A DNA stretch of 64,000 nt from Selaginella moellendorffii. Its lineage: Eukaryota; Plantae; Lycopodiophyta. The stretch's first letter is position 1; every line of letters begins with the position of its first letter. Positions 39,271-51,080 of this stretch are shown one piece after another. The stretch lies in contig NW_003314283.1 in the NCBI RefSeq assembly GCF_000143415.4, positions 1,109,734 to 1,173,733 of the forward strand, read 5' to 3'. A program made the translations under genes and the position numbers. The notes under the pieces were generated by a model that did no database searches, was not told the origin of the DNA, and was given only the letters and a program-made list of their open reading frames with translations.

Positions 39271-40560
39271 AGATCATCAATCATACACTGTGATCTTCCT
39301 TGGAAACCACAAAATAATCAAACTCCATCGATCCAAAGCATTGACAGGCCTCTTTCAAATGACTTGAGTGGCTCAACGCTCTGTAAGAATGCTCATAAAT
39401 GTTCGACTAACACCCTCCAATTGAGAATGTAAAGGAGAGTCTTGGAACATCCCTGAAGCAGTGAAGTCCACAACACAATGCTTTCGATTGGCACAGCGTC
39501 AAAGAGCTTCTTAGCATCGCATATGAGTGCTCCACAGTAGTTTAATCTGAATCATGCCTTAGTGTCAAACTCGATTTCCTTCTCCACTGGATTCGACGAA
39601 TTCCCCTGGAAAGCCACACTAGTAGAGTTAGCGAAAAGAAAGAGAGAGAGAGGGATAGAGTGGGATTTTATCATGAAAGCGTGAACATCAGCCAGCAGAG
39701 CCTGTCACTTCCAAAAAGAGTAAACGAAAATCGCAAGTTCACAGCAGCAATGTCCTGGATTGTTGCATTGCGCAATCGATCTCTTACAACCAGGTTACTA
39801 ATCACTTGACTTGGATACCAGGAATGCCGCCACCGCCGCATGCTATCAAAAAGGTTCATTCACAAGTCCAGGTCTACCAAGAACATAAATCATGTCTGAA
39901 AACACAAAATAATCAAACTCCATTGAACCAAGCTGGAGTGGCTCAATGCTGTAAGAATGCACACATAAATGTTACTTAGTCCTGACTAACACCCTCCAAA
40001 TTGAGAACGTAAAGGAGAGCCTTGGATGCCGCGAATGGGCATATGCTGTGTCTCTGGTGGGCATCAAATTCATTATGATTTGTCAAAAATGTTAGTTAAG
40101 GATGGCAAGCATGGCATTCCACATCACTCCGTAGCGATACGGCATCGATTCCAACAGCTTCCTTGTCGTCAACCAGGCGAGGGTGTGTCATGTTTGACAC
40201 AATACCCCACGTGGAACATTAGTGCCTTGCTCGTGATATAAGATACCAGGTCATCTGGTCATGGAGATTCCCAGCCTGGGCATATGCTGTGAGCAGAATC
40301 GTCCATCTATGAGACCAAGTCCGCCTGTGGCATCTCTCTAAGTGTGCTGTCCAAAAACTCTATATTCTGGGGATGGGAATATGCTCTAAGCAATCTCATT
40401 CCAAGAGACAATGTTCTCTCATTCATTGCATCAACGATCCCTTTGGCCGATGCCAGATGCCCATCCTGGGAATACCCCTGAAGCAGCTAAGTCCATGTGG
40501 GCATATGACTGTATCTTATCCGCCACTGTGCCTTGGCACGTGTCTCAAGTACATTGCACG
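39271..40560 (-). pseudogene. PLS-class PPR pseudogene segments fused to a PRMT10 exon 5-6 fragment (39565-39820)
   Basis: Minus-strand translation across frameshifts gives LLQGYSQDGHLASAK, REMPQADLVS, ILLTAYAQAGNL, DAKKLFDAVP..WTSLL and CFGSMEFDY...CMIDDL. The PRMT10 fragment matches 42400-42680. Confidence 0.75.
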
Positions 40561-40682
40561 TCTCCTAGCCCACGTTATTCATGCTAATAGTATAAATATA
40601 TGTCTTCCTCCACTCTATATACATACCACTCTCTGTAGCTATCTTTGCAGCAGCACAGTTTAGTCCCTGCGTAGCAAATCCC

Positions 40683-40979
40683 ATGGAGAAGGCAGCAAAG
40701 ATTGCTTTTATTCTCACACTCATAGTTGCAATTTCATTTGCCTCACTTGAGTTCACCAATGCTATTGAGATAGCTCCCAACACAAAGTTTGTGCCGGCTT
40801 CTTCTCTTCTCTCATACTTCAGGAACCTGAAAGAGATGGAGTGCATGCCGCACTCTCAATGCTGCCCCGACTCCAAGCCCTGCCCATCAGAGGACCAGGA
40901 GTGTAAGATCTGTGCCAAAATTTATCCTGCACTGTGCTTCTGCACAGACAAATCTGGGCTTAACAAGCTGATGCTGTAA
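40683..40979 (+). CDS. Secreted cysteine-rich peptide, Bowman-Birk-like protease inhibitor (98 aa)
   Basis: Hydrophobic N-terminal signal and 8 Cys. The 9-residue loop CAKIYPALC followed by FCTD resembles the BBI loop CALSYPAQCFCVD. TATAAATA at ~40591, probable 3'UTR intron 40987-41041, AATAAA at ~41087. Confidence 0.75.
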   Translation: MEKAAKIAFILTLIVAISFASLEFTNAIEIAPNTKFVPASSLLSYFRNLKEMECMPHSQCCPDSKPCPSEDQECKICAKIYPALCFCTDKSGLNKLML

Positions 40980-41366
40980 TCTGGAGGTATGACTTAATTC
41001 GTGTTTCTTTATACTCAGTGCTAATCATTTGTGTGTCCTAGAAGATGGACAACTTGATGCACACCTTCTGATCTAAAGAATGGAGTAATAAATGTCTTTA
41101 TGTGCTAAAACTATGTGATTTTGGGCATTTTTCGCTTTGCAAGTGATCCATTAGTGGTTATTTCTTTGATAGCCACGACATGTACTGTGTAATTCGCTAC
41201 TGGTAATAATAAAAAAACTCTCAAGCTTGTTTGAGAGTTGACAACGACAAGTCTTAACGGTGACGTGTCAGCACGGCATGATGACGTGTCTGTACGGTTT
41301 GGGTCTAGGGTTTTGGATTTTTTGTCTATGTCTTCTAGGGTTTTACAGGCAGCGGTGGCGGTGAGG

Positions 41367-42958
<1,592 letters not shown>

Positions 42959-43100
42959 AAACTAAGATTTTCCTGATTCTTTCAAGCAAAACTATAGACA
43001 TTGACACTCACGAAAGGGTACCACCTCTTCATGACTTAATATTAACTATTCCTTTTTCATACTATTCCTCCTGAGCTCCAGGTACTGCTGCGATCCAAAA

Positions 43101-43409
43101 ATGGCACTTTTAGGGGACAACACCCAGCCTTACACCATAGATCATCCTAAATCTTTCACGAAGAACAATGATATAGATATATCGTTGTTCTTTGTGAAAG
43201 GTTCAATGAAGTATGGTTACACCATAGATGATCTAAACGTTGCTAGAAGTTTGAGGATCAAGCTTCCCTCTCGAACATACTTTCGAGTTGCGGCGCGTGA
43301 AAATGATGAAATTCCCACTGGTTTGCATCTGGATGTCAAGGACTTGGAGCCACAGCCAGCTCGCACTCCGTTCTATATCAGTGAAGACTGGTACTTTTTG
43401 TTTGACTGA
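43101..43409 (+). other. 102-codon ORF of unknown status downstream of PRMT10
   Basis: ATG-started ORF with protein-like composition but no recognised domain. Part of it (43240-43321) is duplicated with an indel at 44702-44782. Confidence 0.2.
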
Positions 43410-43706
43410 TGCTAATGACAATACAATCAAGTCAGGCCGGATGCTGCCAGACGAAAAGCTTGTTGTCAAGTGATTACAAGAGGGAAGTAGCAACAAAGAC
43501 CAAACAGAGCGAGCGAGCTTGATTAAATGCCTTATACATAACTTTGAATGGAAGATATATAAAATATAAACGTCTGTATTGAAGCAGAAATTTCCCCGAC
43601 TCTGAAACTCAAAAAAATAATAAAAAAATGCAAACATCCCAAAGGGAATCCCGCACACAAAGGAAAACAACAAAGAAACACGAGATAAGTTAAGCATACC
43701 TCCAGA

Positions 43707-44004
43707 TTACAGCATCAGCTTGTTAAGCCCAGATTTGTCCGTGCAGAAGCACAGTGCAGGATAAATTTTGGCACAGATCTTACACTCCTGGTCCTCTGAT
43801 GGGCAGGGCTTGGAGTTGGGGCAGCATTGAGAGTGCGGCATGCACTCCATCTCTTTCAGGCTCCTGAAGTATGAGAGAAGAGAAGAAGCCGGCACAAACT
43901 TTGTGTTGGGAGCTATCTCAATAGCATTAATGGACTCGGAGTGAAGCAAATGCAAATGCAACAGTGAGTGTGAGAACAAGAGTGATCTTTGCTGCCTTTT
44001 CCAT
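43707..44004 (-). pseudogene. Inverted, frameshifted copy of the Bowman-Birk-like gene
   Basis: 298 nt versus 297 nt. An extra C in the signal region gives TAA at codon 26. The mature region is nearly identical. Confidence 0.85.
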
Positions 44005-44159
44005 GGGATTTGCTTTGCGAAGACTAAACTGTGCTGCTTGCAAAGATAACTAGAACCTAAAAATGGTCTGTCTATAGAGTGGAGGAAGACATGTATTTAT
44101 GCTATTAGACAAGCCTTGCATGAATACCATGGGCTGGCTGTTATTGTGATCGTGGGCTT

Positions 44160-44782
44160 CGCTTTTGATGCAGCTTAGAGCATATGCCCATACACAGAAT
44201 ATAAAATCTTTGGACACCGATGCCACACGTCTCGTTTGTGGACGATTCTGCTCACAGCATATGGGTGCCTATAGCGAGGCTTGGACTGATTATGGTGTGG
44301 GCGTGGGGACGGCCATGGTGGCGGCATATGCCCATTCATGGCAGCCGGACTTCTTATTTGAGAACATGCCCTGACGGTCACTAGCGCCGCGAAGAGCAGG
44401 AAGATTCCATACTTGAGATGGCACAGCAGCCATAGAAACGCCTGCGCGATCAGAAACGTGAACAAGAGATTGACCAACACCGTGATGCTCTGCCCCGCTG
44501 ATCGCGTCTCGAGCGGGAAAATCTCGCTCAGACGCTAACAGGTGCTTCGAAGCTGTTTTCTCTCTTTGTGATCAACGGTTTTCCACTCGCTCCGAAAACC
44601 ACCAGCTCGGTCAAGATCACGAGCTTCGAGAACAGACGAAGTTCTTCCTGATTACATTAAACACCCTTTCTAATTCCTCTTGACCTCAGTTTGCTCCAAA
44701 AGTTGTTAGAAGTTTAAGAACCAAGTTTCCCTCTCGAACTTGCTTTCATGGTGGCCCGTGAAAGTGATGAAATTCCCAGTGG
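44160..44782 (+). pseudogene. Decayed PPR remnant followed by a PRMT10 3'-end remnant
   Basis: GCTTAGAGCATATGCCCAT and GGACGATTCTGCTCACAGCATATG mirror 40270-40391. Translation includes [10 protein letters not shown]...LFENMP. 44538-44640 resembles 42721-42920. Confidence 0.6.
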
Positions 44783-44858
44783 AAAAGAAAAATTTGCACG
44801 AGGTTAAACACTGCCTTTGTAAAAATTTGCACGTAACAGTGATTTTGTCAAAAAGGCT

Positions 44859-44929
44859 TGCACTGCCCGGGAATCGAACCCGGGTCTGTACCGTGGCAGG
44901 GTACTATTCTACCACTAGACCAGCAGTGC
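44859..44929 (-). tRNA. trnG-GCC: tRNA-Gly (GCC)
   Basis: GCACTGCTGGTCTAGTGGTAGAATAGTACCCTGCCACGGTACAGACCCGGGTTCGATTCCCGGGCAGTGCA folds as a full cloverleaf with A/B boxes. A T5 terminator lies 4 nt downstream. Confidence 0.97.
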
Positions 44930-44971
44930 ATCATGTTGGCAATGTGAGGTTTATTCTAACAAAACCGCGCT

Positions 44972-45042
44972 AAACCCTAAGCAGAGAATATACTCGAATA
45001 TCCCAGCTTAAACCCTAGAGGCGGCGGCCATGGACTTATAAG
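44972..45042 (+). promoter_or_regulatory. Telo-boxes (AAACCCTAA 44972, AAACCCTAG 45010) and TATA-like element of the TOM9/snoRNA host gene
   Basis: Motifs seen directly. Telo-boxes are typical of plant translation and ribosome-biogenesis gene promoters. Confidence 0.55.
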
Positions 45043-45097
45043 CGAGGGCGCCGCGTTTTCTTCAAGCCCAGGTATGCGGCGTTTTGCGTCTTTGGTA

Positions 45098-45183
45098 GCA
45101 CAGTGATGAGAGAATTTGGGTTGATGAGCGGGGAAGAAACATCCCCCTTTGATTCTACACAACCTCCTACTCATACTGAGTGC
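45098..45183 (+). ncRNA. Intronic box C/D snoRNA with a 25S rRNA guide (possibly snoR7-like)
   Basis: Box C GTGATGA at 45103-45109, box D CTGA at 45176-45179, terminal stem GCAC/GTGC. Guide CCTCCTACTCAT is complementary to LSU rRNA AUGAGUAGGAGG (rRNA sequence from memory). Confidence 0.75.
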
Positions 45184-45218
45184 CCTCTTCCTCCATTTTT
45201 GCTGTCTTTGTTGTTGTT

Positions 45219-45302
45219 TGGGCAGAGGATGATAGATTCTTGATGGGTAATTTGCGGCTGACCACATTGGTGTGATGCCTCACCTTGGAGACCTGATGCC
45301 CA
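45219..45302 (+). ncRNA. Intronic double-guide box C/D snoRNA (U16 and U55 guides, snoR15-like)
   Basis: 6-bp terminal stem TGGGCA/TGCCCA and variant box C AGGATGA. TGGGTAATTTGCG before D' CTGA (45258) is anti-18S CGCAAAUUACCCA. TCACCTTGGAGAC before D CTGA (45293) is anti-25S GUCUCCAAGGUGA. Confidence 0.85.
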
Positions 45303-45394
45303 TTTGAATGAATGAATCCTCTCGAGAGAGACCCTATAAATCTTGATCGAAACGCTGTGAACTTTTGTCTTTCAGGGCTCTCTGATCTTTGGAG

Positions 45395-45664
45395 ATGGGC
45401 GATGGCTCTGTTTTGAGCCGAGTGAGCAGCGGCATTGCCGAATCGAGGCGCGCAGTGAGCAGCACTTGCGTGTTTGGAGGCCGAGTGCTGCGCAGCACGG
45501 GCAAGGCGGCATGGATTGCAGGCACAACCTTTTTGCTGCTGGTTGTGCCACTTATTTTTGAGGTGGACAGGGACCAGCAGCTGCAGGAGCTTGAGTCTCA
45601 ACAAGCGACGCTGTTGGGTGGTGCGGCCCAGCCTGCTGCTGCTGCTGCGGCTGCGGCCAAATGA
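45395..45664 (+). CDS. TOM9: Mitochondrial import receptor TOM9 (plant TOM22)
   Basis: STGKAAWIAGTTFLLLVVPLIFEVDRDQQ signature. 5'UTR intron GT 45072 to AG 45375. Confidence 0.93.
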   Translation: MGDGSVLSRVSSGIAESRRAVSSTCVFGGRVLRSTGKAAWIAGTTFLLLVVPLIFEVDRDQQLQELESQQATLLGGAAQPAAAAAAAAK

Positions 45665-46108
45665 GGATATAACCATGATTTTGTTCTATCCTGATGATTC
45701 CTGAAGGTCCCGAGTATGGGCACTCATACGAACATAAAAACTGTTAATTGCCTTGGGATCAGAAAAAAAAAAACTAATATGAAAGAAATAAAAATAGTTG
45801 AATATTCATTTGGCTGTTTACAAGAAGCATGAGACCAAGATATTAAGCTGTTTTGATGATCTCATGAGCCATTTGATGGATTATAGTAAAATCTGTTTTG
45901 ATTCTGCCACCAAGTCTTTTGTCCATGCCCTGAGCTTCACTGATCTGCTTAATGCCCTTCATGAAGCTCAGATCTGCTTAATGCCCTTCTTATTGCATCT
46001 TAGGTTGCTTATGGCATCTTGGGTAATGTGATCTTTCTTGAGCTTCACTCATGCTATTATTACATCTTGGGTTAATTTTGGGTTGGATGTCACTTGAAAA
46101 ATTGATAT

Positions 46109-49100
46109 TGTGAGTGTTTGGAATATGGAAAGGGAATACAAGAAAATGTGCATATCAATTAGCCCAAAAACCCTAGTTTATATATAGAAGCGAGTGGTCC
46201 GAATTGAAACCAATCCGACGGTTACTAAAATCCCACTATGCTAATATTAATATAGTCGTACACTTGGCCTTCACATCATCCCCTCCTCTTGGAATAATGG
46301 AAGACCATTAGGGTTCTTTTGTAGATGGGCCGGGATCGGGAGGAACGTCAGGAGGAGGCATTGGTGGATTTGTAGGTGGTATTAAATCCTCCTAATCCCT
46401 TTGTACTAAGAGTTTTAGTTGCTGCACATGCACAATTTCTGGAGTATTGGCCTGTTAAATATCATGCCGAACCTTATAAACTTGTGGTCCAACTTGCCGC
46501 AACACTCGATACGGTCCTTTTTACTGCGCAAGAAGCCCTTTAGATAAACCATGTATTGTAAGATGGGGAAAACGGACTAACACAAAATCATCCACTTTGT
46601 ACTCCGCAAGTGGATGATGATGGGAATTGTAGCGCCATTGTTGTCCCACTTGTACACAGCCTAAGTGTTCAACAGACTCTGTTCGGACAAGTGGAAGAAT
46701 ACTCGTCAAATACTGATCACATGACCTAGCATCGATAGCTCGTGGCAACCGCAAAGGTAAACCCAACTCCGTTGGTAATATTGGATCATGACCATATAGG
46801 AGTTTATATGGTGAAGCACCAATAGAACTCTGCACCCCTGTGACATATGCATACCGAAGAGACGGCAAATAACCATCTCAATCCGAATGTTGAAAGTTCA
46901 CATATTTCGCAATCATCTTTTTAAATGTCCGAATGAGCCGTTCTACCAGACCGTTTGATTGTGGATGATAAGCACTCGTGAAAGTGTGGCGTATCCCCAA
47001 CCGAGACGTCAAGACATGAAATGCCTCAACCATAAATGCAGGACCATTATCCGAAAGAATCCGCTCTGGACAAGAATACTGGAGCACCACTTGATTGAGG
47101 AGGAAGTATCCAACAGTAGTTGCAGAGGCGCTAGCAAGAGCACCAACTTCCACCCAACGAGTTATGTAGTCAGAAGCAATAATAACATACTCATTGTTAG
47201 CAGTCGACCGTGGAAAAGGTCCTATAAGATCAAATGCCACCAACTCAAACGAACAGGAAACTGCAATTGACTCTAACCGTCCTTCCGCAACACGAGGGGG
47301 AGTATTACGAGCTTGGCACCAAACGCAGCTACGCATATACCGGATAATATCACATCGCATCTCCAGCCAATTAAAAGACCGGCGCAGCTTCTCAGTTAGA
47401 CAACAATGTCCCATATACCCACCTTGAATTGGAGAATCATGGTAGGCATGGAGAAACCGCAGAATAAAGATAGAAGGCACCACCAGCCATAAATGATCAT
47501 CAGGATCCGTCCCCACAAAATAAAGAAGGCCATCTTCAAAGCGATATTGAGAATGTAAATGCAGGAAAGGCAAGTCATCAGCAAGTGATGCAAGATTCTC
47601 AAACCCATCTCGAAGCCTTCAAATTCATGGCTTAATTTTTTTAGCCTCGCAAACCTCATCAAGAGAAGGTAGATCTTGCTCTACGCCTTGTGGACACTGA
47701 ACGTCAAGAACAGCAACTGTCGAGGGCATAGAATCCTCGTCTAGAAAATCCACAAATGCTGGAACAATAGGTTCATCAGAAACATGAGAAATGAGTGGAG
47801 AAGGAAGAGGAGCTCGAGAAAGGGCATTAGCATCAGCCATAGAACTCCCTGGGCGATGAACAAAATCATAAACATATATCTGAAACTTCAAAGCCCACTG
47901 AACAGTATGACCAACTAGGTTCTTCCGCTTCAATAATGAAGTAATAATAGCATGGTCACCTTCAAGTAACGTCCAAGAACCATGTAGATATGCATGAAGT
48001 TTCTTGAAGTTTTTAGACTGCTGCTAAACACTCCTTCTCTGTCGTGGAGTAGTTTATCTCTGCTAGTTGTAATTTATGACTTATATATACAATGGGATGG
48101 CGGTGATCAGGCACACTCGAGCTCTCTTGCATTAACACACCTCCAAGACCAATGTCAAAAGCATCCACGTGCAAAACAAAATGTCGAGTGTAGTTAGGAT
48201 ATGCCAAAACTGGAGGAGTTGTCAATAGCTCTTTGAAATCCCCGAATGCCCGCTCACAATCCGGAGACAAGATGAAAGATGACGTTGATGATTTCAGCAA
48301 TGCTCGCAACGGTGCAGTACGATCAGAAAGATGATCCATAAAACAACCGAGATACTGCACCTTGCCTAAGAAGCGTTGCACATCATTCACTTCGGAGTAG
48401 GGAACTTCAGAATAGCCACAAGTTTGTCAGGATCAACTTGCAAACCCTCACGAGAAATATGGTACCCAAGATAAGTTGTGTCCTTGGACCCAAACATGCA
48501 CTTCGACCGCTTCAGCTTTAAACCAACGTCACGTAGCCAATCCAACACTTTACAAACATCACAAAAGTGCTCCTCCTACGTCCCCTCTGAGTGGATCAAG
48601 ACATTAGCAATGAAGTCAACAGTCACCTCCGGCATATTGCAAAGAACCTCGTCCATCATCTGCTGGAAAGTTGCTGAAGCATTGTTTAAACCAAACGGCA
48701 TCACCAAAATCTCATACAAACTAAATGGTGTATGAAAAGCAGTCTTTGGAATATTTTCTTCGGCCATCGATACTTGCCAGTACCCAGAAGCAAGATTTAA
48801 CTTGGTGAACCAACGACTTCGCCCCAAATGATCCAAGAGATCAGCAGTGTGAGGAAGAGGGTACACATCTGGGATCGTCACTTCCTTTAACGGATGATAG
48901 TCGATACAGAAACGAATACTCGTATTAGGCTTCATCACAAGATGAGATTCACATGCCCAAGGATTCCACAACTTCTGAATAACACCCTTCTCCAACATCT
49001 CCTTGACGTTTGCACATAAAATCTTGATTTCCTTGGGCGACCGACAACGAACAAAAACCTTGATTGGATGAGCATCCCCGGTTGGAATCGGATGACGTGT

Positions 49101-51080
49101 GGCAATCTTGGCCCCAGATGATAGGTCAAAGTCAAAGAGATCAAAATACTCCTTCATGAGCCGGTCAACCATTGCAACACAAAGATCGTCGGAGGGATCG
49201 AAAAAGGGAAGAGCAGAATAAGATGGAAATATAAGAAGAAATAGTGGGGGAACAAAAGTAATGGAAGCAGAAGTAGAAGTAAAGGGACGAAGAGGTACGG
49301 AAGTGAGAGGAATGGATGAAATATAAGGAAGTATGAGAGAAGGGGGAGAAGCCTCAAAGTTATATTTGGCATGATTGCGTTGCAACCAATCTATACCAAG
49401 AATGAGGTCAAAAGCTTGACTCAACACCACCCGCAACGACTGCAACTCAAGCTCGAGATCGCCCACACGTACAACCAGGTCCGCCTTATCCCATGCACAT
49501 GCATGTGTATGGTTGTTGCCATAAAAAATGAAAATTGGTTCCACCGCACGACGCAAGTGTAAATGGTAACGTGTGGCAATAGGTCGAGCAATAGAAGATA
49601 AACTCAAACCTGTATCAACCAATACGAAGAGAATAATATGAAACCTCTTGTTATAAAAACGAGCTTGGAACATAAACACTAGATGAACCGGTGCCAAGTG
49701 AACCCCTTGATAATACTCCCGAAAGAAAGATAGAAGGGTCATTGACTTATTTGCGCAAGGTCCCTCCGTTACTTGCGCGACTCTTCATTTCCCGGATGCA
49801 TTTTGGTGTCCAAACCTTCCACGGCAGCAGCACCAATGGGACGTTGCTGACGCCAAGGTCTCCAGCCAGGAAATGGAGGTCGCCAATCCAGAAAACGCCG
49901 ACAATGCCGATAAGTATGACCAACTTCATCACACGCCCAGTAACGAACATCACAGCTATGACCACGTCCTCGCCCTTGTCCTTGGACTCAAGTAGCAGCA
50001 GCATCAACCTCCATTGGAACAGGACCATCACCCATAGGAAGTGGAGCTGAAGGACGTGTAGTGAGAAGTGGAAGAGGCGACGTCTCATAACGTTGTGCCA
50101 AGTGAAGAGCATCATCAAGGGTGGCGGGAGCAAGTGCATGCACAAGTCCGACAAGATCTTGATGAAGTGCTAGCCACAACATTCCTAGCTTGATCCGCTC
50201 CGACATATTTGGCTTCGCATGAAATAAAAGACTTTGGAAACGAATGCCAAATTGCATCATCGACTCAGATGGCCCTTGGCGAAGACGATGCAATTGTTGG
50301 AAGGCATCATCACAGTCATCGGTATGTCCGAAGGTGCGTTTGAAAATGTCCGGAAGGACACTCCAATCCCCATGAGTGGCTGCGCTCAACCCATTGTACC
50401 ACTGCGCCATCCCTTGAAGACACGTGGGAAACTCACGCAAACGTTGAGCATCATCCCAAGAATAATATGTGGCAATCACTGTGAAGTGATCGAACCAATG
50501 GTACACATCATCCCCAGGATTCCCGCGAAAAAACTTTGGCTGAACGCAAGGATTAGCACCAAGAGTAGGAGGAGTTGTACCACGTGCCATGCATGCCGCC
50601 ATCAATTGAGTTTGGTTGTTCAATTGCAACTGCATAGCATCAAGCAATTGTACCAATTGCTGCTCCAGAGTCAAAGGAGGAGATTGCTGATCTGCCATGA
50701 AGACAAACGAAGAAAGAGCAAAAGAAGAGAAATGACAAAAAACTAGAAGGAAATGGTAGATCTAGACAATGCAAAAAGCTAGATTTAAACCAAAATCCTG
50801 AAAAGAAAGAACAAAAGAAAGGAAATGGAAAAAGTTAGATCTAAACAATGCAAAAATTAGATCTAAACCAAAATCCTAAATCCAAGCACTTCCTAAAGAC
50901 AATCAAAAGTGCCTCTCACCTCCACCAATGTGAGTGTTTGGAATATGGAAAGGGAATACAGAAAATGTTCATATCAATACAGAAGTGAGTGGTCTGGATT
51001 GAAACTAATCCGACAGTTACCAAAATCCCACTACGCTAATATTAGTATATGGCATCGTAGCCGTACACTTGGCCCTCACA
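46109..51080 (-). mobile_element. Decayed Ty3/gypsy retrotransposon, family D, with short LTRs and no chromodomain seen
   Basis: LTRs 46109-46275 and 50929-51080 (TGTGAG...TCACA). ATAT flanks both ends. PPT next to 46275. PBS TGGTGGAGGTGAG. Remnants of gag (49988-50698), LVDTG protease, RT, RH and INT (SDNGPAF, SAYHPQSNGLVER). Confidence 0.9.

Noticed and set aside
43300-43410. Possible C/D snoRNA (ATGATGA...CTGA)
   Set aside because: No terminal stem and no recognisable rRNA guide.
44760-44858. Dicistronic tRNA-Gly-snoRNA as in Arabidopsis
   Set aside because: A T5 terminator lies 4 nt after the tRNA, and the snoRNA candidates are on the opposite strand upstream.
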